A stretch of 7,973 bases of DNA. Origin: Selaginella moellendorffii (Eukaryota > Plantae > Lycopodiophyta). A program made the position numbers and the translations under genes. Of the stretch, positions 1 to 7,843 are shown one piece after another. The stretch spans positions 1 to 7,973 of the forward strand of contig NW_003314648.1 of assembly GCF_000143415.4 (NCBI RefSeq). The letters run 5' to 3'. The notes beneath the pieces were generated by a model. The model ran no database searches and was not told the DNA's origin. It worked only from the letters and a program-made list of their open reading frames with translations. Every line of letters starts with the position of its first letter. Position 1 is the stretch's first letter.

Positions 1-783
1 CCAATAGTAATGCCATCTCTTCTCTAATACGTCCACGCTCATGTTCAGTGGTCGAAGAACCCATCCGGTTGAGCAGATTATGGAGATGCGGATAGTGCTT
101 GGCTAGACAATATACATGCCATAAATGATGACTGGTGTCTGTCCGATCAAATGGCTTCTGATATACCGTTCCATCTGCCATTTGGTTGATTTCTGCAGCC
201 ACCTCCTGGACTGGCCGGTTCTCTATCACCATCGCTCCAAGCCGTTTTGCAAGGTCCCCCAGAACATACGGTTTCTTCTCCCTAGTTTCCATACTACAAG
301 AGATGGGGTGCACTGCATATGTGTGCGTGTTCGCTGCAGTTTTAATCGGCGAGTCATCGATGATGAGGATTTCACTTGAGCTAGCAGTCCGGTTCATCAC
401 TACAGCCTCTGGCTTGACGAAGATGGGCTTGCTACCCCTCACATGGACCATAGTCAAGCAATCCTCCTGCGTTAGGAGAAAGTCAAATGGTAATATTACT
501 CGCGTCTGATCGTGCATCATCTGTAGCAACGTTAATGCATTGTGGCGCATCATGGATGTCCAAACTCCCAATTGCAAATTGAACCCAGCCCTCTGTTTTA
601 AGTGTCGCATGGTCATTATTAGATCCCGCAGTTTCTCCCGTGTGATTAATGTGAATCTGTCTCTTTTGACCAACTTGCGACCGCAGGCTTTGGAGGGTGC
701 AATGACATTCGAGGACGAGCCACGCTCATGGGAGAAAAGAACACCGTTCAGATCAAAAACGATACAGTACATTCGCCGTGACT
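1..783 (-). CDS. Last visible exon: FCP1/NIF (CTD-phosphatase-like, HAD superfamily) domain, open off the window edge
   Basis: Manual translation: ESRRMYCIVFDLNGVLFSHE...LQLGVWTSMMRHNA...FDFLLTQEDC...KPIFVKP...EILIIDDSPIKTAAN...VHP. HAD motif I is DLNGV (754-743), motif II is WTS and motif IV is DDSP (358-347). There is no stop in 261 codons. It is absent from the ORF track because it has no stop inside the window. Confidence 0.85.
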
Positions 784-3700
784 CTGAAATGAAATGCGTC
801 AGCATAAAAAATGGTACAAGTCAATTTTACCATCTACAATATTAGCGAATGTTGCTCCCGATGGTCGTTGAGAGGGTTTTGGTCGAGGAAACGTGAAGGG
901 CGGAAATAATCTCCTCTGCAATGTGGGGTCAATCGCATCCGATGGCGTGTGGGCACATGCCATTTCAGCTGTAGACTCTGGTACAACTGGCTCAACAGTG
1001 GCATGGGGTGGTTCCGATGGCGTGTGATCACACGCCATTTCAGCTGGTGCCTCCGTTGGCAAAGTGGACATGACCGAACAGGCAGCAGGGGCGGTGTAGG
1101 GAGGTTCCAACGGCGCGTAGTCAGATGATTGGGCACACGTTGAGTCCGTTGGAAATGAGGATACGACCGGCTCGGCGGCTGGGGCGGCCTCATGTGGGTC
1201 CAATGGCGCCTGGTCACCGTCAGTTGGATACGTGGACAAGATTGACTCAGTGGTATGGGCAGCATCAAGTGGAGCGTGGTCAGCTTGCTTGGCGTTGATA
1301 TGGATAGTAGCCTCCACCAGCTCTGATGACTCTTGCAGCCAAGTAGAGTCCACTGGCGGATCCACATGCATGTCCAAATATCTCCCTTCGATTGAGATGG
1401 TATCCTCCCGTGCTACTAAAAACAAACTCATTAGCACATTGAATCGACTATACTGTATTTACCATCAACTGCTATTGAGGAACTAGGACCGATATCACTT
1501 GAGCGCACTGCTGATTCTGAAGGATTGGACATACGTTTCGACCCTTGCTTGGCACTATCCTTCCTCGACACTAAAGGCTAGAGTTTGTAAATTCAACTGA
1601 ATAATCTCTACTTACCATTTGCTCTGCGACCTACATGGACAATGTTAGAAATGGTAAAAGGTTAGGAATGGATGTATTATTATTTACCTGATGGTTTGTC
1701 TTGTATGACCTTCCTCCGCCGCTCTTTGGCCACCTCAGGCTGGCCATCGTCGTCATCATCGTCGTCGTCGTTATTGTGATCGTCACCATTGTGAGGACCA
1801 TCCAAGTCCTCTTCGTCCTCCTCTTCTTTGTCCTCCTCTTCGTCCTTCTGCTCTTCTTGCTCATTATCTTTCTCTGGCTCCTCATCCCCCTCCTGCATTT
1901 CTTCCATAGGCTGCTCAGGCTGGATGGCTTGTTCTTCCAGGACCATCTTGGGAAAATCATCTGGCCGAGTCTCCATCTCAAAATACAAGACATCCATAGC
2001 CTGTTTTAGTGCGTGACCTAGGACCGTATCCTCACCCGACTGTCTTAACATGGTTTCTGCACGTTCTTGCACCCTTCGAAGACGACGAGATGAGAAAAAC
2101 GTGGCCCTGCCTTGAAAAGCTTCCCTCATCCATTGTACCTCTCCATTGAGATTGGGGAAGGGGAGTCCGCCATAGGAATCTGAGTCATGAGGTGGTGACT
2201 GCCTGCTTTCACTCAGCCCTTTATCTGCAATGAATGGCATGAGGACACACGCCATAACCGCGAGGCATTACCTATCATCTTTTCGTTGCCCTTCTTCCTT
2301 TTCGAATCAAACACCTCTGATCTCGACGACTGTCCAACGTGCTTTCGCTTTTTATGACCACTGTCAGTTTGAGCTTGGCTGGTGCTTGCCTGTTTTGCCT
2401 TTGAAGAAGTTTCTCCTGCAAGGAATGGCATGAGACCACACGCCATTGCAAATATAATTTGTACCTCCTTTTTTCCTATTGCTTTTCTGTTTGTCCTTCT
2501 TCGATGCGCCACCAGTGCGCTTTTCAGTCCTCGTGTCTAAATATTCACAACGATCTATAATCAAAATGGCGTGAGGCCTCACGTGACCTTACCTTGTGCA
2601 GGTTGTGAGCTCGGCCCAACATGGGTATCTTCAATAGTAGCTGTTAACGCCGTTTCAGCATCTGGGGGTGGCCACGCTCCTGCATACAGAGCTTGTGAGA
2701 TAACATTTAAACTTAAAGTGTGTACTCACCAGGTTCGCAGAGAAGATACTGTTTTTCTTTGGCAACTGTAATTATATGCTCCATTGAAGTCATCTCTTCA
2801 ATGGAGTTTGTCACCGCAACACAAGGGACACCCTTGAGTAGTGCGGCTCGAAAGAATAGTCCGCCGCAGTTGTACTCGACAACGCATTTGCCCTTGGAGT
2901 CGGAAGCAGGTGACCCACCCGCTATTGCGTTGAAGACCCAGCTGAGCATTTCCCATGCTGCACCTGGAGCTTTCTTTGGATTCGAAAGCTCCATAGCCGT
3001 CTTCAGTTCCTCAGGCACGGGTAAATTGACCTCCCTCAGATCAATTCGATTGGCCTTGTCGAACGAAGCTGGGAAGTCACTCCAGTCCCACTCTGCTGCA
3101 GGACCAATAACAAGGGCGAGTGTGAAGATGCGGACATTCGTCGGTATCTTCTTCTTAGCCATTATCCCATGGATCTCCCGCATCTCCTTGCCTTTCAACC
3201 GAGCCTTCACCTCGTTCAAGGCCTTCCAGAACTTGTGATAGGATTCGGAGTCGTAGATCATATAGTGGACTGAAGATTCCACCTCCGCAAGTCCCACCAT
3301 TAAGTCAATGATGGAGCTGACTTCGTCTGCATGAGTGATCTCCTCGTTTGTGAAGTCCATCACACAAAAGATGTTCTTGACCTGCTCATCTCTGCGGGAA
3401 ACGATGCTCCTCCACCTTTGATCCTCATCCGAATTCAAGTATACCCGGTAAGGTTCTCGATAGGCCTCTGCTGCGGGGTCGAGCTGTTTCTGAAGCCGGC
3501 GGTCGACATCAATCTTAATGAAATTTGGATACTGATCCAACTTCTCAGCTTTACTTTTCGTGGCATCCCGCAGCAGATCGATGAACTTGGGGGCCCCCTT
3601 CACGTACTCGTCGATGTCTTCATTTGACAACTCCAGCGCTTCCATCATCTCTTGCGTGGTGTCGATGCTCACCCTCTCCACGGCCACTTGCTCGAAGATC

Positions 3701-5617
3701 CAATCCTTCAATAGCGCACGAGCTCTCAGAGTCGTGCACAAGTCCTCGTATGTCACAATATGGCCGGGAGTCATTTTGGTCTTGTTGAAGATTACCTCAC
3801 CACGTAGAAGAGCATTAGCCACTATCAGAAGGTCGTCGTCGTCTAGAGACCGCGAGAAACACAAGGCGTTGAGCTNNNNNNNNNNNNNNNNNNNNNNNNN
3901 NNNNNNNNNNNNNNNNNNNNNNNNNNNNNNNNNNNNNNNNNNNNNNNNNNNNNNNNNNNNNNNNNNNNNNNNNNNGGCTTCCGGCCGTCCTCCACACCCA
4001 TTGAGTTTAGCAACTCCCCGTCATGGTACCTCCTCAGCACATCTACCCATTTGTCAAAAACAACTTTTGTCGCGAGTAGAATGTTATGGATGCTGAGTGT
4101 GTCATTGACCCCCAGTGTTTTCGAGAGAAGACTCGAGAATTCCTGCAATGGAAATGGCGTGAGGCCACATGCTATGCCACATGCAACGAGGCTTACCTGC
4201 CAGGCGCTAGTTGCTAGTGCACGTCCTTGTCCTGGTTTTTGTGGCTTCTTCAGTTGAACCCAGAGCTTCCGTGTTCGTGCCAATGTCTCGTGCAGACCCG
4301 ATTTGTAGCACGTTTCTTGCTTGACATTCTGCGCGTGGGAGATGTATATGATAGATCGGAGGGGCGAGTTGCCTTTTATCAGGCGGACAACTCTTGTCTT
4401 GAAGACTTTCTTCACCTCCTCGCCCACCATAATATCCACAACTATCTCTTGCATCGCCAAGCTAGAATGCTGCCCGGAGACGGCATAGAACCGGATGTTC
4501 TGATCGTCCAACACCTTCCTATTGATCAAGTCTGGAAACCTCGTCTCGCCCTTCATTGTTCGGTAGTAGGGGATCACGTCTGCGATGTCGGGTGTTACTG
4601 GACTTGCCAGCATCTTCTGCTTCAGTTTCTCCACCCACTCATCAGATACTAGCTTGTGGTTGTATTTGCTTTGGATGTCGATACGGCTCACGTCGATTGT
4701 ATATACATTGTTGGAATAGTAACAAGTACTATTATCTGCGACGATTTTTGCTGCCTCTTCTTGCTCTTTCTGCTCTTTGCGGCTCTTCTTTTTGGTGGGT
4801 GTAGTGTTCGAACCCGAGGCAATGGCATCACTGAGTAGCTTCTTTTTTGGAGCAGGAGAGTCGGACGTCGGCTTGAGCTTGACCACCCTTTTCTGCTTCG
4901 AGGTAGTTTCCAGATCGACCCCCTTCCCCTTTGCTTCGCGAACTGGAGTCACTCTCAACGGCTCAATGTTGGAATATAGTTTTTGAACATCGCCGTAGGT
5001 GAGGTCCGTGGATTCCATGTGATCTTCATAGACCCGCAGCGTCTTTGAAATTGTGGGCCTCCTGGACAACCTCTCCCTAGCTCCCTCTAGGAATTCCTCA
5101 TAGCCGCTGCCCCCCTCCGGGAAGCCGCTAGGATGTGCAAGGTGGATCTTGAAGGCAGACGCTGTCTCTACCACAAGTGCCAGTCCATATTCTTGCATGG
5201 AACTGCATGGAGTGTCTGTCACTTGGATGAGGATCCCCATGCATTCTTTTCTCCCACCATCTGTGTTGTACAGCCTCAGATCCTCGCCTTCTATCCCGAA
5301 AGTCCAACTGGTGAGCTCCTCCCCCTTCTCTGCATCCACATTGACAGTGGCTGGAAGAAGAACGCAATTCCTCGCCTGTTCAGAAATGCACAACAATTAG
5401 AGCTGACAGATGAAAAGCTAGTAGCTGGAAATAACGTGAGGCCACACGCCATTCACCACTGCATCAGATGTCTTGAGGCTGCATCCTAAGATGGCGTGAG
5501 GCTACACGCCATCTGTAACCGGACTGCACTCGAGAGCCCAATCGGTACATGCCAATGTTGCTACTGAATGGCATGTGGCCTCATGCCATTTTCTACTTGG
5601 CCTAAAAGACTTACCAT
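1..5617 (-). CDS. Large spliced gene, 3'-partial: ParB-like / degenerate DNA methyltransferase-like / FCP1-NIF HAD-like multidomain protein (>1600 aa)
   Basis: Exons on the minus strand, 5'->3': 5617-5615 (ATG), 5375-4197, 4142-2730 (contains the N gap), 2679-2593, 2554-2465, 2415-2272, 2224-1688, 1630-1616, 1570-1463, 1415-831 (or 1412, NAGNAG acceptor), 783-<1. All 10 introns are GT..AG, phases match at every junction, and the exons contain no stop codon. Continuity across the gap at 3876-3975 and the ATG-only first exon are inferred. Confidence 0.8.
925..1281 (-). repeat. Coding tandem repeat, about 5 diverged Pro/Ala/Thr-rich units of 22-31 aa
   Basis: Units begin DHAPLD / DQAPLDP / DYAPLEPP / DHTPSEPP / AHTPSD within exon 831-1415. 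Confidence 0.75.
1688..2224 (-). CDS. Exon encoding a small helical segment and a long Asp/Glu-rich tract
   Basis: 179 codons flanked by phase-1 GT-AG introns. EEMQEGDEEPEKDNEQEEQKDEEEDKEEEDEEDLD...DDDDDDDDG is followed by the basic KERRRK. Confidence 0.8.
2225..2271 (-). other. Intron (47 nt, phase 1) containing the palindrome motif
   Basis: TAG|GTAATGCCTCGCGGTTATGGCGTGTGTCCTCATGCCATTCATTGCAG|AT. Confidence 0.75.
2416..2464 (-). other. Intron (49 nt, phase 1) containing the palindrome motif
   Basis: GAG|GTACAAAT...AATGGCGTGTGGTCTCATGCCATTCCTTGCAG|GA. Confidence 0.75.
2555..2592 (-). other. Very short intron (38 nt, phase 1) containing the palindrome motif
   Basis: CAAG|GTAAGGTCACGTGAGGCCTCACGCCATTTTGATTATAG|AT. 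Removing it keeps the frame between the 87-nt and 90-nt exons. Confidence 0.65.
2730..3875 (-). CDS. Coding segment after the gap: helical region plus degenerate beta-class N6-A/N4-C DNA methyltransferase-like domain (about 3450-2755)
   Basis: 382 open codons. YRVYLNSD...KNIFCVMDFT sits where '..i..GD...idli.tDPPY' (motif IV) would be. NPKK...CVVEYNCGGLFFRAALLKGVPCVAVTNSIEE parallels 'HPT.KP...VLDPF.GSG....AA...GR..IG.E' (motif I region). Motif IV before motif I is the beta-class order. The coding status is strong; the family call is moderate. Confidence 0.55.
3876..3975. other. Assembly gap (100 N, probably a placeholder length)
   Basis: Exactly 100 N inside a coding region. The frames on either side differ, as expected if the true length is not 100. 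Confidence 0.95.
4143..4196 (-). other. Intron (54 nt, phase 0, stop-free) containing the palindrome motif
   Basis: CAG|GTAAGCCTCG...GCCTCACGCCATTTCCATTGCAG|GAA. The ORF track reads through it as VSLVACGIACGLTPFPLQ. Confidence 0.75.
4197..5375 (-). CDS. Exon 2 (393 codons): N-terminal beta-rich domain, basic linker and ParB/Sulfiredoxin (DGQHR-like) domain
   Basis: Translation ARNCVLLP...ATSAWQ. The ParB-like pattern at about 4706-4317 is YTIDVSRID..YNHKLVSDEWVEKLKQKM..FYAVSGQHSSLAMQEI..YISHAQN, with SGQH at 4478-4467. PKKKL and TKKKSRK are NLS-like. Confidence 0.65.
5376..5614 (-). other. Intron 1 (239 nt, phase 0) with three palindrome copies
   Basis: ATG|GTAAGT ... CTAAT...TTTCTGAACAG|GCG. 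Motif copies at 5431-5453, 5489-5514 and 5567-5590 (the last in the opposite orientation). Confidence 0.65.
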
Positions 5618-5818
5618 TTGAAGTCGAATGGAGGCGTGACAACCGGACTCGCTGGCGAATGTGCACTGTGTGTGCAGCGGATCGTAGCAGCAAGGCTACT
5701 CTGCCACTTACAGTTGGAGAGTGGCGCTGAAATCTCCCGGGACGCCAAGTGGGCTGCGTGTGGGTGGCGGAGTGGGCGGCGGAGTTGGCGGCGAAGTTAC
5801 AAACTGGGTGTGTCTTGA

Positions 5819-5982
5819 AGTGGACGCCGATGCACACGAGCGCGATGCGAGCGCGAGTGTGATGCAAGCGCGAGTGGACGCCGATGCACACGAGAAACCT
5901 GTAGAGAAGTGGGAGCGCGAGTGGGAGCGCGATGCGAGCGCGAGTGGGAGCGCGATGCGAGCGCGAGTGTGCGAGCGCGAGT
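5819..5982. repeat. CpG-rich tandem repeat region upstream of the gene
   Basis: AGTGGACGCCGATGCACACGAG occurs twice (5819-5840, 5873-5894), along with arrays of 11-12 nt GAGCGCGAGTGG / GAGCGCGATGC units. Confidence 0.85.
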
Positions 5983-6046
5983 ATGAAGCAAAATGCAAAA
6001 CCTAACCTCACACGCGCGAAATGTCACGACGGTTGGTAATCCTGCC

Positions 6047-6173
6047 ACGTCATCATTTCTCGGACTTGGGCGCCACCATTAATTTCTGGATCGGCGCGCG
6101 CATGCGTGAAATCCAAAAGAAATCCGCAACGTCATCATTCCTCGGACTGCATGCACGCGAAATCCAAAAGAAA
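6047..6173. repeat. Short direct duplication
   Basis: ACGTCATCATTYCTCGGACT at 6047-6066 and 6129-6148; GAAATCCAAAAGAAA at 6108-6122 and 6159-6173. Confidence 0.8.
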
Positions 6174-6288
6174 GATCATGATTGGGATATCATTTAATAC
6201 CCTCGCTATATTTATACCATGCATGATTGGATATTCCAAAGCATCTTGTATTTCCAAAAATGCCAGATGTTCAGCTAAATAAATTGTT

Positions 6289-6410
6289 AGAGGATTTGAT
6301 GTGACGTTCAAGCATGTGGGCTCATGCAATTTTGATCCCAAAAAATGCACCAAAAAATGCTCGGCATCATCTGGCGTTATCTCTTGAATGGCGTGGGGCC
6401 GCATGCCATT
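6289..6410. repeat. Dispersed direct repeat, copy A
   Basis: 6311-6395 matches about 7253-7332 (TGTGGGCTCATGCAATTTTGA.CCCAAAAA..GCACCAAAA.ATGCTCG...TTGAATGGC). 6289-6313 is identical to 7560-7584 (25 nt). Confidence 0.85.
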
Positions 6411-6882
6411 TTCAGGAGCACATAGGAGTATATTCCTAGAATATTCTGACACGCGCGAGATTGTTTTGAGTTTCCTGGAGATCCAACCGTTAGATCGCAA
6501 CTAGATTTTACAGAATGGTATACAATGTCCTTCTTGATGACTCTGCAAAGAAGCATCTCGATCGGACACCACATGAGACCACACGAGCCTTACAATGTTT
6601 CAGGGGCATTTGCCATAGATCCGACCGTTATTTTGCTCCAAGATTCTACAGTTTGGTGTGCATTGACCTTTCCATCGACACTGCAAAGGGACATCACAAT
6701 CAGATGCGGGATCACAAGAAACCAACTTCACTAACTCTGGTTTCACCAAGATCTACGTAAGGAGTTATGAAATGAAAGGACCCTCTCTATTGAAATATGT
6801 TTATGGTCCTAGGGGCATTGTGACATATCCAAGGATTTTGCATCAAGTTCTGTATTTGCATGTTTATCAAGCTACTGAATTG

Positions 6883-6915
6883 CTAAACCCTAAACCCTAA
6901 ACCCTAACCCTAAAC
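6883..6915 (+). repeat. Interstitial plant telomere-type repeat (CCCTAAA)n / telo-box cluster
   Basis: CTAAACCCTAAACCCTAAACCCTAACCCTAAAC, about 4.5 units with one CCCTAA variant. Confidence 0.9.
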
Positions 6916-7250
6916 ATGTGGCAAATGCTGCGTGAAGAAAGATGCCCTTTCTGGGCAAATGCTGTAAGAGGCAGATGCCGAGCAGATGTATCTCAGGCTA
7001 GCGAAGGGGACAAACGAAAGCTAGCTATAAACATGACGGGATGCAAATAGATTACTAGGCTGGTCCTGCGAAAATCAAAAACCATAATTGAAAACATTGA
7101 AAATGCAAAAAGAAAGGTTTATAATATTTTTGAATTTTAAGCAACCAAAGGAATGTAAGTAGGGCATGTGTTTGTAAGTTTAAAAATGCCTCAGCCATAT
7201 AAATTCCCAAGTAAATAAAGCTGTTTCTATTTTTGGTACAGGTAAACTTT

Positions 7251-7347
7251 ATAGCGTGTGGGCTCATGCAATTTTGAACCCAAAAATGCACCAAAAGATG
7301 CTCGACTAGCATTATTCTTTGAATGGCATGTGGCATTATATTGCCAT
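7251..7347. repeat. Dispersed direct repeat, copy B
   Basis: Diverged copy of 6311-6410, likewise bounded by two palindrome-motif copies. Confidence 0.85.
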
Positions 7348-7728
7348 AAATGGACGTACACACACAGCATAATTATTCCTTTACACGGCGAATAATCTTG
7401 GCGCGGATCGCTGACATGGCATGGCAAAGTTCGAATCACTGACATGGCACAGCTGGATCGAGGCAAGGACATGATGTGACAAAGTTCAACCTCCGACAGC
7501 AAAGTCTAGAAGCTACTCAGTTTGAAATTTGTCAGAGGAATCATAAGATCTAGTTTGTCAGAGGATTTGATGTGACGTTCAAGCGTGTGTTATTTTTGAA
7601 TTCTCGAACTCATTCCTAGGTCTATCATTTTTGTGCGCCGTGTTCTTGGTTCCGCTGAGCACAGTGAGCGCTGCTTGTGTAAGCGGCGTTGTGAGCTATG
7701 GTTTATGCGTCTACAAGCGGTTGCGGCA

Positions 7729-7843
7729 TTGCGAGCGCCATTGCGAGCGGCAGTTTATGCGAGTGGCAGTTTGTGCGAGCGGCGCTACGAGCAGTTGCGG
7801 TGTTGCGAGCGGCGCTACGAGTAGTTGCGGTGTTGCGAGCGGC
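7729..7843. repeat. Tandem repeat with a 30-nt unit and TGCGAGCGGC core
   Basis: TGCGAGCGGCGCTACGAGYAGTTGCGGTGT at 7774-7803 and 7804-7833, a partial copy to 7843, and shorter degenerate units upstream. Confidence 0.85.

Noticed and set aside
3843-3997. Frameshift or pseudogene between the 517-aa and 383-aa ORFs
   Set aside because: The frame change falls within a 100-N placeholder gap and cannot be taken as real.
799-5396. Prokaryotic operon of separate ORFs (517, 383, 99, 191 and 212 aa)
   Set aside because: The ORF ends coincide with GT-AG splice signals and join in frame. Several listed starts are TTG/GTG codons or lie inside introns.
125-5489. Plus-strand ORFs (e.g. 186-509, 1701-2009, 2720-3238, 3560-4096, 4227-4652)
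   Set aside because: They are antisense shadows of the minus-strand exons. The hydrophobic 1701-2009 ORF is the mirror image of the acidic tract.
5502-6048. ORFs over the GC-rich repeat on both strands
   Set aside because: They stay open because the low-complexity repeats lack stop codons, and they show no protein-like features.
6883-6915. True chromosome end
   Set aside because: The tract is only 33 nt, with complex sequence on both sides.
6135-7502. ORFs 6135-6500 and 7055-7363, which share EH.LVHF-like peptides
   Set aside because: The similarity comes from the non-coding DNA direct repeat, and the frames are not conserved between the copies.
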